Shown here piece by piece: positions 23,391-33,122 of a stretch of 64,000 bases of DNA. A program made the translations under genes and the position numbers. Each line of letters begins with the position of its first letter. Within the stretch, counting starts at the first letter, position 1. The notes under the pieces are model-generated. The model ran no database searches, was not told the DNA's origin, and saw only the letters and a list, made by a program, of their open reading frames with translations. The DNA comes from Ruminococcus sp. CAG:563 (GTDB taxonomy: Bacteria > Bacillota > Clostridia > Oscillospirales > Acutalibacteraceae). The DNA lies in the NCBI GenBank assembly GCA_000434915.1, contig FR882080.1:26377-90376 (forward strand), written 5' to 3'.

Positions 23391-24660
23391 CCCTTTAAAA
23401 ACCGTCATAGTCGGCGGCGGCCATCGCTCGATGATATACGCTGAGCTGGCAAAAACAAATCCCGAAATGCTTGAAATAGTCGGTGTTGCCGATCCGAATG
23501 AATTCCGCAGGAATCAAATCGGCGAATATTTCAATATTCCGAACGAGCACCGCTTTAAGGACGTCAACGACCTTGTTGCGATACCGAAATTCGCCGACGC
23601 AGCCATAAACGGAACTATGGATCACATTCACGTTGCAACATCTATCCCTCTGCTCAAAGCAGGCTACGACATTCTGCTTGAAAAACCGTTTGCTGTCAAT
23701 GAAGAGGAAATGCGTGAGCTGATAAGCTGTGCCGAGGAAAACGGACGCAAAATAATGATCTGCTTCGTTCTCAGATACGCTCCGTTTTACCGTCAAATCA
23801 AGGAGACGCTCCTCAGCGGCGAGATTGGAGAAACAGTCAATATTCAAACTGTCGAGCACGTCAGCTATCATCACATGTCCACAAGCCATATAAGAGGTAA
23901 ATGGCGCAACGAGGAGCAATGCCACGCAACGATGCTTCTTGCAAAGTGCTGTCACGATATCGATATCATGATGTGGCTCATGGGCGACGACGCACCTGCC
24001 CGGGTTTCAAGCTTCGGCTCGCTGATGCAGTTCAGACCCGAAAACGCTCCGGAAGGGAGCGGTACACGCTGTCTTGTTGACTGTCCGCTCGTTGACACCT
24101 GTCTTTATTCGGCAAAGCGGCTTTATATCGACCACCCCGACCGCTGGTCGTTCTACGTTTGGGACAAGCTTGAAGATAAGGAAAATGCAACGATTGAGGA
24201 CAAAATCGAGCTTCTCAAAACAAGCCCCTACGGCGTCTGTGCATACAAGAGCGACAACAACGTTGTTGACCACCAGAGCCTTGTTATCCGCTTCAAGAGC
24301 GGTGCAACCGGCACACACAATATGATAGGCGGAGCGGCGATTCCTCAGCGAAAGATTCACATTATCGGCACAAAGGGCGAGATTTTCGGTACGCTTGAAA
24401 GTGGAAAATTCACCGTGTCGCTCATTGATCCGAGACCCGGCTGCGAGCACCTCGACCGTGTTGTTGACGTCAACGTAACCGACGATTCCCACGGCGGCGG
24501 CGATATGGAGCTTGTCAGGGATTTTGTACGCTATGTTCGTGACGGTGTAATGTCTGTTTCATGCACCTCGATTGAGGACTCGATGAAGGGTCACCTGACC
24601 GTTTTCCGTGCCGATAAGAGCATGAAAAACGACGGCGAGGTCGAAAATGTAATTGAATAG
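23383..24660 (+). CDS. Gfo/Idh/MocA family NAD(P)-dependent oxidoreductase
   Basis: 'TVIVGGGHRS' Rossmann N-terminus and an 'EKP' motif; overlaps the upstream gene by 8 nt. Confidence 0.7.
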   Translation: MSNPLKTVIVGGGHRSMIYAELAKTNPEMLEIVGVADPNEFRRNQIGEYFNIPNEHRFKDVNDLVAIPKFADAAINGTMDHIHVATSIPLLKAGYDILLEKPFAVNEEEMRELISCAEENGRKIMICFVLRYAPFYRQIKETLLSGEIGETVNIQTVEHVSYHHMSTSHIRGKWRNEEQCHATMLLAKCCHDIDIMMWLMGDDAPARVSSFGSLMQFRPENAPEGSGTRCLVDCPLVDTCLYSAKRLYIDHPDRWSFYVWDKLEDKENATIEDKIELLKTSPYGVCAYKSDNNVVDHQSLVIRFKSGATGTHNMIGGAAIPQRKIHIIGTKGEIFGTLESGKFTVSLIDPRPGCEHLDRVVDVNVTDDSHGGGDMELVRDFVRYVRDGVMSVSCTSIEDSMKGHLTVFRADKSMKNDGEVENVIE

Positions 24661-24761
24661 CGAATAAAGGTCATGCCTTTTCGTATATAATATAAGTGTA
24701 ATGCGAAAAAATTCTTCAACGGAATTTTCTGCTGATATTCGGCAACACTTATACGAAAGGC

Positions 24762-25250
24762 GTGATTTTTTTGACCGTCAAGACAAATATCAATTTTAAG
24801 CACCTGATAATCGCAGTTTTTATTCCCCTTGCCGTCGGCGGAATATCATCACTCATAGTCGGCAGCGGCTTCGATGTTTATTCCGAAGCGGTCACAAAGC
24901 CGCCCATGTCCCCTCCCGATTGGCTTTTTCCCGTGATGTGGACGATACTTTATATTCTCATGGGAATCTCCTCCTATCTCGTTTACGAAAAGGACACAAC
25001 CGAGGCTAAGCAGCCGCTTGCGGTCTACGCCATTCAACTTGCAATGAACTTCATGTGGCCGATTCTCTTCTTTTCGCTTATCGCCTATCTCTTTTCGTTT
25101 ATATGGCTAATCATTCTTTGGTCACTTGCGATTACTATGACCGTCATGTTTTACCGAGTTTCAAAGCTTGCGGGAATGCTCCAAATCCCATATATTCTAT
25201 GGCTCACATTTGCGGCTTATCTCAACCTCTCGGTGTTCCTGTTCAATTAA
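24762..25250 (+). CDS. tspO: TspO/MBR tryptophan-rich sensory protein
   Basis: 5-TM, Trp-rich; 'PPDWLFPVMWTILYILMG' is characteristic. Confidence 0.75.
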   Translation: MIFLTVKTNINFKHLIIAVFIPLAVGGISSLIVGSGFDVYSEAVTKPPMSPPDWLFPVMWTILYILMGISSYLVYEKDTTEAKQPLAVYAIQLAMNFMWPILFFSLIAYLFSFIWLIILWSLAITMTVMFYRVSKLAGMLQIPYILWLTFAAYLNLSVFLFN

Positions 25251-25283
25251 AATATTAACAAATTATTAAATTTTAAAAAAAAT

Positions 25284-25343
25284 ATTGACTATCGGTCATT
25301 TTTGCGTATAATGTTAAGCGGAAACAAAAGTGACTGATAGTCA
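25284..25343 (+). promoter_or_regulatory. Promoter (TTGACT-16-TATAAT) with a paired 13-bp inverted operator half-site pair
   Basis: tgactatcggtca (25285-25297) and tgactgatagtca (25331-25343) are near-perfect reverse complements flanking the -10. Confidence 0.5.
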
Positions 25344-25365
25344 TTTTATTACGGAGATATGCAAA

Positions 25366-25989
25366 ATGAGTAAGATATCTGAAAAACAACAGAATAAAAG
25401 GACGAGTATTCTTGATGCTGCCTATGAGCTTTTTATTGAAAAAAGCTTCAAAAACACCTCGATTGACGATGTTGTCAAGAGTGCAGGAATAGCCAAGGGC
25501 ACATTTTACCTGTATTTTAAGGATAAGCATGACCTCATGGAGCGTATAATCGTCCGAAAGTGTGCTTTAATTCTAAGCTATGTGCTTGAGGAATTGATGA
25601 AGAAGAAAGAGACCTGCCGGATGTCTTTTCCCGAGCAGATGCTTTTTATAACAGAAAAAATCATCAATTATCTCGAAGAGCATAAAGAAATCATTACCCT
25701 CATAGGAAAGAATTTTTCCTCATGCCTGAGCTATTTCAGCACGATTGAGGATGACCGGCTTAAATCAATGCTCAGCGAACTGGTTCACGAAAATCTCGAA
25801 AACGGTTTTTCCGAACATGAAACACTCAAAAGAATTTATCTTATAGTAACACTTGTCGGCTCGGTTTGCTATGACTCGTTTGTTTTTGAATCGCCTTTCA
25901 AGATTTCGGAAATCAAGCCGTTGCTTTTAAGAAGCGTTGAAAACATAATTTCCGAACCTCCGACAGTCGAAAAAAATAAATCAGCTTAA
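25366..25989 (+). CDS. TetR/AcrR family transcriptional regulator
   Basis: N-terminal HTH 'SIDDVVKSAGIAKGTFYLYFKDKHDL'. Confidence 0.8.
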   Translation: MSKISEKQQNKRTSILDAAYELFIEKSFKNTSIDDVVKSAGIAKGTFYLYFKDKHDLMERIIVRKCALILSYVLEELMKKKETCRMSFPEQMLFITEKIINYLEEHKEIITLIGKNFSSCLSYFSTIEDDRLKSMLSELVHENLENGFSEHETLKRIYLIVTLVGSVCYDSFVFESPFKISEIKPLLLRSVENIISEPPTVEKNKSA

Positions 25990-26058
25990 AACCATTTCAA
26001 TCTTTACATATTACTTGTAAAGTGCCATATAAAAATCAAAAAAGGAGATCGGTTATAG

Positions 26059-28182
26059 ATGAAAAGAATCGCAAAATTTATTGCCTACCACCCGAAGACG
26101 ATAACGATTATTGCCGTCTTGCTTCTCATTCCCGCTGCAATCGGCTACATCAACACCTTCGTTAACTACGATATTCTTTCGTATCTTCCGGGTGACCTCG
26201 ATTCGGTCAAGGGCGAAAATGAGCTGGATGAAACCTTCAACAGTGCCTCAATGTCATTCTTAGTTATTGAGGATATGCCGTCAAAGGACGTCGCAGCCTT
26301 GAAAGAAAAAATCGCAAAGGTTGATAATGTCAGCAGCGTTATCTGGGTTAACGATATCGCAGACATAAGCATTCCGCAGGAAATAATTCCGCAGGCCGTC
26401 AAGGACATATTCTACAGCAAAGACGGCAAATGTACAATGATGCTTATACAGTATAAATACAAGGCCGTCACCGACGAGACCATGCAGGCCATTGAGGACG
26501 TCAGAGGCTTGCTCAACAATCAGTGCTTCCTCAGCGGCATGGGCGTCATCATGAAGGATACGAGAGACCTCGCAGATTCGCAGGCTCCGGTATTCATTGC
26601 AATCGCTATTGCAATCGCCCTTGTTGTCATGACCTTCTGCATGGAGTCATGGGTTGAGCCTTGGGTTCTTCTTGCGGCACTGTGCATGGCGGTTGTTTAC
26701 AACATGGGCACAAACCTCATATTCGGTCAGATATCGTACATTACTCAATGTATCGCCGCAATTCTACAGCTTGGCGTTACGATGGACTATTCGGTATTTC
26801 TCATTGACAGATTTGAAGAGGAAAAGCCGAAATATGCAGACAAGAGAGACGCTATGGCAAGTGCAATCCAGGGCGCATTTCTTTCTCTCTCCGGCAGCTC
26901 GCTGACAACAATATTCGGTTTCCTTGCGCTCTGCTTCATGGATCTTTCACTCGGCAAGGATATAGGTCTTGTTATGGCAAAGGGCGTTGTATTCGGTGTT
27001 CTTACCGTTACAATCGTTCTCCCCGCTCTTGTTCTTCAGTGCGATAAGGTTATTCACAAGTATCGCCACAGAAGCTTCATTCCAAAGTTTGACAAGCTCA
27101 ACAACTTTGTTGTCAACCACAAGAAGGTTTGGGTTGCAATTTTCGTTGTTCTCTTCATTCCGTCATACATCATGCAGTCCAATGTCAATGTTTACTACTC
27201 AATGGACAGAATGTTACCCGATGACATCGGCTGTATCGCCGCACTCAACAAGATGAAAGATGAGTTCAACATGGCAACCTCGCACTTCATCATTGTTGAT
27301 GACAGCCTTGACGCTTCCGACCTCGTTAAGATGGAGAATGAGATCAAGGATACCGCAGGCGTTACAAACATGGTCGCATACAACAACTTCGTAGGTTCGG
27401 GTATTCCCGATTCAATGATTCCCGATGAGCTGAAGAGCATAGCAAAATCCGGCGGCAGACAGATGATTCTCGTCAACACATCATATGTTGCAGCAACGGA
27501 CGAATGTAACGAACAGCTAACCAAGATAAATAATATCGTTAAAAAATACGATAAGAACGGCTACGTCACCGGTGAGGGTGCAATGTACAAGGATTTGATT
27601 GACATCACCGATCACGACTTCAAGCTGACAAGCGTACTTTCAATTCTTTCGATATTCATTCTTATCGCAATCATCTTCAAATCAATTTCGATTCCGACGA
27701 TACTTGTTATGTCGATTGAGCTTGCGATATTCGTCAATAAGGCGATATCGTTCGCAACGGGCACGACGCTGTCGTTCATAGCCCCGACAATTATCGGCTG
27801 TGTTCAGCTCGGTGCAACGGTTGACTACGCAATTCTTCTTACAACACGTTTCCGTGAGGAGATGAGAAACGGCCACAACAAGCTCGACGCAATCAAGATT
27901 GCCGCCAATGCTTCCGACCGTTCGATATTCCAGAGTGCGCTCGTATTCTTCGGTGCAACCTTCGGCGTATTCCTCACCTGCGATATCAAGATAGTTAAAG
28001 AAGTTTGTCTCCTGCTCGCAAGAGGTTCGCTTATCAGCGCAGGCGTCATAGTATTCATGCTTACGCCGCTGCTTCTTGTACTTGAGGGAGTAATCGAAAA
28101 GACGACTTACGACTTCCTCGGCAAAAAGTTCAAGCTTAAAATGAAGAAAAAAGAAAACAAAACGGCAGATAACAATGCCTGA
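26059..28182 (+). CDS. MMPL/RND-superfamily membrane transporter
   Basis: 707 aa, two 6-TM bundles each preceded by a large loop; MMPL-type N-terminus. Confidence 0.75.
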   Translation: MKRIAKFIAYHPKTITIIAVLLLIPAAIGYINTFVNYDILSYLPGDLDSVKGENELDETFNSASMSFLVIEDMPSKDVAALKEKIAKVDNVSSVIWVNDIADISIPQEIIPQAVKDIFYSKDGKCTMMLIQYKYKAVTDETMQAIEDVRGLLNNQCFLSGMGVIMKDTRDLADSQAPVFIAIAIAIALVVMTFCMESWVEPWVLLAALCMAVVYNMGTNLIFGQISYITQCIAAILQLGVTMDYSVFLIDRFEEEKPKYADKRDAMASAIQGAFLSLSGSSLTTIFGFLALCFMDLSLGKDIGLVMAKGVVFGVLTVTIVLPALVLQCDKVIHKYRHRSFIPKFDKLNNFVVNHKKVWVAIFVVLFIPSYIMQSNVNVYYSMDRMLPDDIGCIAALNKMKDEFNMATSHFIIVDDSLDASDLVKMENEIKDTAGVTNMVAYNNFVGSGIPDSMIPDELKSIAKSGGRQMILVNTSYVAATDECNEQLTKINNIVKKYDKNGYVTGEGAMYKDLIDITDHDFKLTSVLSILSIFILIAIIFKSISIPTILVMSIELAIFVNKAISFATGTTLSFIAPTIIGCVQLGATVDYAILLTTRFREEMRNGHNKLDAIKIAANASDRSIFQSALVFFGATFGVFLTCDIKIVKEVCLLLARGSLISAGVIVFMLTPLLLVLEGVIEKTTYDFLGKKFKLKMKKKENKTADNNA

Positions 28183-28201
28183 ACAATACGGAGGTAATAA
28201 T

Positions 28202-29875
28202 ATGAAAAACAATCTGAAAAAAATCATGTGCGTTCTTCTCTGCGCTTCTATGCTTGCATCTTTCTCTGCCTGTTCAAAGAAGAATGACGGCAGCACAGAC
28301 GAACCGACCACAACTCCGAGTCAGTCCGACACAGCAAAGGTAAGCTATAACACAGCCGCAACCTCATACAAGAAGAATGAAACGGTTTATGTCAACATGG
28401 CTTCCGACGGCGAGGTTTCAAGCAAGGTCGTAACAGACTGGCTTCATACGGATAAGGCTCAGACCTATATCGACGACAAGACGGACCTTTCCGATATCAA
28501 GAACGTTAAGTCCAACATTAAGCCTGTCAAAAACAAGGACGGCTCATATCGCTGGAACATGGAATCAACCGACCTCTATTACAGAGGCACAACGGACAAG
28601 GAGCTTCCCGTTAACTTCAAGATAACCTACTACCTTGACGGCAAGGAGACCGAAGCCAAGGATATCGCAGGCAAAAAGGGTCAGGTCAAGATGGTTGTTA
28701 CCGTCAACAACGAGTCCAAAAAGACCGTTAAGGTCAGCGGCAAGGACACAACGATCTACACGCCGTTCATCGTTGCCGGCGGCATGATTCTTCCGGAGGA
28801 TAGTTTCTCAAACGTTACCGTTGAAAACGGCAAGACCATCGGCGACGGTACAAAGGAAATTGCACTCATGGTCGGTGCACCCGGACTCAAGGAGAGCCTC
28901 AACCTCAGCGATGAGATGCTCAAGCAGCTCGGCGATTTCAACTTCTCCAACACCTACACAATTACGGCAGACACGGATAAGTTTGAACTTTCAAACATGA
29001 TTTTCGCCGTTCTTCCCCTCTCGGCTATCGAGAACAGCGTTGAGAACAACCTCCCGAACACCGTTGCAGACGTCAAGAACACCCTCAATGAGGTTCAGGC
29101 AGTTATCGACAAGTTCAACAGCATGAACGCAACCGAGCTTATCAACAAGCTCTTCTCCAACACGGATAACCTTACGGAGCTTGCCTCCTCGGTTTCCGAT
29201 GTTACAAAGCTTTATAACGACAACAAGGCTCTCCTCGATGTACTCGAGAAGTACATGACTAAGGAAAATATTGCAGCAATCGAAAAACTCATCGCCGACA
29301 CCGACGACACAGACCTTGAACAGGTTGCAAAGCTTCTCAACAACCCGATTCTTCAGAAGTTCTTCAAGCAGCTTCCGACCCTTTCAAAGGATATGGAAAA
29401 CGTAATGCCTATCATCACGGGACTTTCAAACGATATGCAGAAGCCTGAGGTTCAGAAAGCTCTCAAGAATCTTCCGCAGACCATTGAAACACTCAAGAAG
29501 CTCAAGACAACGATTGACAAGAATCAGGATTTGTTCGACACACTCGGCAACACTCTTGATGACGACACTATCGCTTCTCTCAAGGGCATCATGAGCTCAC
29601 TTGACAAGATTATTTCCGAGAACGACCTTGAGGCTTATGCAAAACTTGCAGACAACGCCGACGATCTTATAGCCCGTGCAAAGGCTTGGATCGAAGCAGG
29701 TCAGAATTATGACATCTTCACAACAAAGGGTGCAGCTTCAAGCACATCGGTAATGTTCGTTTACGAGACAGCCGCTATTTCAGCTCCGTCCGTGGAGACC
29801 AAGGAAGAGGCCGAGACCGTTGAAGAGAATGCAATTCTCAAATGGTTCAAGAACCTTTTCAAGAAGGATAAATAA
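28202..29875 (+). CDS. Secreted lipoprotein (coiled-coil rich), partner of the MMPL transporter
   Basis: Signal peptide with lipobox 'LASFSAC'; the ATG at 28202 has a GGAGG RBS; C-terminal 'ILKWFKNLFKKDK' tail. Confidence 0.6.
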   Translation: MKNNLKKIMCVLLCASMLASFSACSKKNDGSTDEPTTTPSQSDTAKVSYNTAATSYKKNETVYVNMASDGEVSSKVVTDWLHTDKAQTYIDDKTDLSDIKNVKSNIKPVKNKDGSYRWNMESTDLYYRGTTDKELPVNFKITYYLDGKETEAKDIAGKKGQVKMVVTVNNESKKTVKVSGKDTTIYTPFIVAGGMILPEDSFSNVTVENGKTIGDGTKEIALMVGAPGLKESLNLSDEMLKQLGDFNFSNTYTITADTDKFELSNMIFAVLPLSAIENSVENNLPNTVADVKNTLNEVQAVIDKFNSMNATELINKLFSNTDNLTELASSVSDVTKLYNDNKALLDVLEKYMTKENIAAIEKLIADTDDTDLEQVAKLLNNPILQKFFKQLPTLSKDMENVMPIITGLSNDMQKPEVQKALKNLPQTIETLKKLKTTIDKNQDLFDTLGNTLDDDTIASLKGIMSSLDKIISENDLEAYAKLADNADDLIARAKAWIEAGQNYDIFTTKGAASSTSVMFVYETAAISAPSVETKEEAETVEENAILKWFKNLFKKDK

Positions 29876-29907
29876 GCACATACTGCCGTAATAAAAGCCT
29901 CACGAAT

Positions 29908-30594
29908 TCACTCCGTGGGGCTTTTGTTTTGAATATATTTAAAGATAATTTCCGCTATGGCCTCGGCGTAATCGTCGAGGTTTTTGTCAAAGCATTTGTT
30001 GTCCTCGTCGTTCGTCACAAAACCGACCTCAAGAAGAATCGACGGCATATTCGTGTTGGAATTGACATAGTAATTATTTCCGCTTGAGTTGCGATATCCT
30101 CTTTTAACTCCTCTGTTCGGCAGTCCGGAAATATCGCTGAGTGCATCGACGAGCTTTTGAGCTGTCGCCTCCTCGCCGTCCTTCGGCTCTTTGGCTATCC
30201 ACGCTTCAAAGCCCGAGCCGGAAGCTGAGCTGTTTCTATGTAGCGAAAGAAAAAAATCGCACCTCTTTTTGTTGGCAAGCCTGCAGCGCTCCTTGAGCGT
30301 GATGTCGGAATCGTCGTCACGGGTCAGAACGACCCTTACGCCCCTTTCCTCCAGCCTGTCTCTGACCTTGAGCGTCAGGCGAAGATTGTCGTCCTTCTCA
30401 AGCCTTGCTCCGCCCGTTGAGGTTGCGCCGACATCGTCCGCACCGTGACCTGCATCAAGGCAGACGGTTTTTACGCTTTCATAATGCTCCTCAACCACAC
30501 CCGAGAGGAACTTGACCGCCACGAGAAAGCTTGTCAGCACAAGAATCACGGCAAACACAGCCGTCATTCCGCTTTTTTTCTTCAAAAAAACCAT
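29908..30594 (-). CDS. cwlD: N-acetylmuramoyl-L-alanine amidase (Amidase_3), CwlD-like
   Basis: N-terminal TM followed by the 'CLDAGHGADDVGA' zinc-amidase motif. Confidence 0.65.
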   Translation of the reverse strand: MVFLKKKSGMTAVFAVILVLTSFLVAVKFLSGVVEEHYESVKTVCLDAGHGADDVGATSTGGARLEKDDNLRLTLKVRDRLEERGVRVVLTRDDDSDITLKERCRLANKKRCDFFLSLHRNSSASGSGFEAWIAKEPKDGEEATAQKLVDALSDISGLPNRGVKRGYRNSSGNNYYVNSNTNMPSILLEVGFVTNDEDNKCFDKNLDDYAEAIAEIIFKYIQNKSPTE

Positions 30595-30671
30595 TTTTCT
30601 CCCTCTTTTTTATTTCTTTTTTTTAAAACAGTTGACTTTTGTTTTATTTAGTAGTATATTGGAATAAGTAT

Positions 30672-31910
30672 ATGTCTACGGAGGCTGAAACGATGCTTGA
30701 TAAAGATTTCAACCCGTCTCTGCGATTTCTGGTCGTCAGCGACATTCACATTAAGGACGAAAAATGCATTGAGGAGCAGCGATTTGCTTCTGCTTTGAAA
30801 TATGCTTATTCTATCGCCCGAAGCTCCGAGAGCTATAAAAAGCTTGACGCAATCGTCATAGTCGGCGACTTTGCGAACTCGGGAACGGAAATTCAGATGC
30901 AAAAGGTCAAGAACATTCTTGATGCAGGCGTTGATTATGACGAAACGCAGGTCATATCCTCATTTGCGAGCCACGAAACAAACGGCGAAGGCACCGAGGT
31001 AGCTGCCGAAAGGATGAAGCGTATTCTCGGTCAAGATTCCGATCAGCATAAAATCATCAACGGCTTCCATTTTATCTCGATTTCACCGTCACACGGCTGT
31101 AACTACAATGATGACAAAAAGGCTTGGATGGCCCGGGAGCTTGCTTCCGCCGCAGAGGGCAACAGAGCTAAACCGATTTTCGTTTTTCAGCACCCTCACA
31201 ACACCAACACGGTCTACGGAAGTATCCTTTGGGGTGAGGACGAGCTGATAACGACCTATATGAATTATCCGCAAATAATTCATTTCTCCGGACACTCGCA
31301 CGCTCCGATAAACGACCCGAGGTCGATTCATCAGCAGCATTTCACCTCGCTCGGAACGGGCACTCTCAGCTATTTTGAGATGGACGAGTTCGACAAGATT
31401 ACGGGTTCGATTCCCGATAACAAGGAAAATGCCGCTCAAATGCTCATCGTTGAAGCCGATAAGGACAACCGAGTTAGGGTCTATCCATTCGACGTGCTGA
31501 CAGGTCATTTCTTCCCACAGGTACACAGAATCGACACCCCGAGCGACATCGGCTCATTTACATACACCGCCGACAGATACAAAACAAAGGTTGTCCCCTA
31601 TTTTGCCGACGATGCAAAGCTGACAATTTCGGACGTAACGGACACATCGTTTAAGCTCGAATTTGACCAGGCAAGGATTGACGAGGATTATGTCAACTGC
31701 TACGATATAGTGCTCAAAAACGCCGACGGATTTGTCATCAGACATTTAAGTATATGGTCGGAGTATTATTTTTATGATATGCCGAAAACAAGATCGTATA
31801 TATTTCAAGATCTTGAGCCGAACACAAATTACACGGTAACAATCAAGGCTTGCGGCTTTTGGAACAACATTTCCGAAAACAGCCTTGAAGAGGATATAAA
31901 AACCTTATAA
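30672..31910 (+). CDS. Metallophosphoesterase with a C-terminal beta-rich (FN3-like) domain
   Basis: 'LRFLVVSDIHI', 'VIVGDFANSG' and 'GHSHAP' motifs. Confidence 0.6.
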   Translation: MSTEAETMLDKDFNPSLRFLVVSDIHIKDEKCIEEQRFASALKYAYSIARSSESYKKLDAIVIVGDFANSGTEIQMQKVKNILDAGVDYDETQVISSFASHETNGEGTEVAAERMKRILGQDSDQHKIINGFHFISISPSHGCNYNDDKKAWMARELASAAEGNRAKPIFVFQHPHNTNTVYGSILWGEDELITTYMNYPQIIHFSGHSHAPINDPRSIHQQHFTSLGTGTLSYFEMDEFDKITGSIPDNKENAAQMLIVEADKDNRVRVYPFDVLTGHFFPQVHRIDTPSDIGSFTYTADRYKTKVVPYFADDAKLTISDVTDTSFKLEFDQARIDEDYVNCYDIVLKNADGFVIRHLSIWSEYYFYDMPKTRSYIFQDLEPNTNYTVTIKACGFWNNISENSLEEDIKTL

Positions 31911-31930
31911 AAACACAGGAGGGGTCTCCA

Positions 31931-32992
31931 ATGTCAAAATTCAAAGCATTTCTCAAGCGCAAGGACATCGAATTTTCCGCAAAACGATACGGAATTGATG
32001 CTCTCGGCGCAATGGCACAGGGTCTTTTCGCTTCCCTGCTTGTCGGCACGATTCTTTCAACGATAGGAACCCAGTTTTCAATCGAAGCTCTTGTAACGAT
32101 CGGCGATTTCGCATCGGCGGTCAAGGGCTGTGCAATGGCAATAGCAATCGGCTTTGCTCTCAAAGCTCCGCCGCTTGTGCTTTTCTCACTTGCAACCGTG
32201 GGCTATGCCGCAGATAAGCTCGGCGGTGCGGGCGGTCCGCTCGCAGTTTTGCTCATCACGATAGTTGCCACCGAATTCGGTAAGGCTGTCAGCAAGGAAA
32301 CAAAGCTTGACATTCTTGTAACTCCCGTTGTCACGATCGGTCTCGGCTGTGTTCTTTCAATGCTCTGTGCACCGTATATCGGCAAGGCGGCAAGCGCAGT
32401 CGGACATGCTATAATGTGGGCAACCGAGCTTCGACCGTTCCTGATGGGCATTATAATCTCGGCTATAGTCGGTATCGCTCTCACCCTCCCGATAAGCAGT
32501 GCGGCAATTTGTGCGGCTCTCGGACTTACGGGTCTCGCAGGCGGTGCGGCTCTCGCAGGCTGCTGTGCTCAGATGATAGGCTTCGCCGTCATGAGCTTCC
32601 GTGAGAACAAATGGGGCGGCCTTGTTTCGCAGGGTCTCGGCACAAGCATGCTTCAGATGGGCAACATCGTCAAGAATCCCCGAATTTGGATTCCGCCGAC
32701 ACTTGCTTCCATGATAACCGGACCGATAGCAACCTGCATTTTCAAGCTTGAAATGAACGGTGCGGCAGTCTCCTCCGGCATGGGCACATGCGGTCTCGTC
32801 GGCCAGATAGGCGTTTACACAGGCTGGGTCAATGACGTTGCCGCCGGCACAAAGGCAGGCATCACCGCATTTGACTGGATAGGACTTATCCTCATCAGCT
32901 TCGTTCTCCCTGCTATCCTCTCATGGGCCTTCTGCCTCATTCTCCGAAAGATTGGCTGGATCAAGGAAAATGACCTCAAGCTTGACCTTTAA
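31931..32992 (+). CDS. PTS EIIC-like polytopic membrane protein (uncharacterised family)
   Basis: 353 aa, glycine-rich TM helices; the N-terminus 'FKAFLKRKDIEFSAKRYGIDALGAMAQGLFASLL' is recalled as annotated PTS IIC-like; no EIIA/EIIB nearby. Confidence 0.4.
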   Translation: MSKFKAFLKRKDIEFSAKRYGIDALGAMAQGLFASLLVGTILSTIGTQFSIEALVTIGDFASAVKGCAMAIAIGFALKAPPLVLFSLATVGYAADKLGGAGGPLAVLLITIVATEFGKAVSKETKLDILVTPVVTIGLGCVLSMLCAPYIGKAASAVGHAIMWATELRPFLMGIIISAIVGIALTLPISSAAICAALGLTGLAGGAALAGCCAQMIGFAVMSFRENKWGGLVSQGLGTSMLQMGNIVKNPRIWIPPTLASMITGPIATCIFKLEMNGAAVSSGMGTCGLVGQIGVYTGWVNDVAAGTKAGITAFDWIGLILISFVLPAILSWAFCLILRKIGWIKENDLKLDL

Positions 32993-33122
32993 TAAAACAA
33001 AATTTAAGGCGGTCACAAATCGTGGCCGCCGTTTTTTCTGCCGATTTTAAAAATAACGTCTCCCCTTGAAGCAATCAGGAGGAGACGCTATTTGTTTATT
33101 CAGCTGTAGTTTTTGTTGCTGT

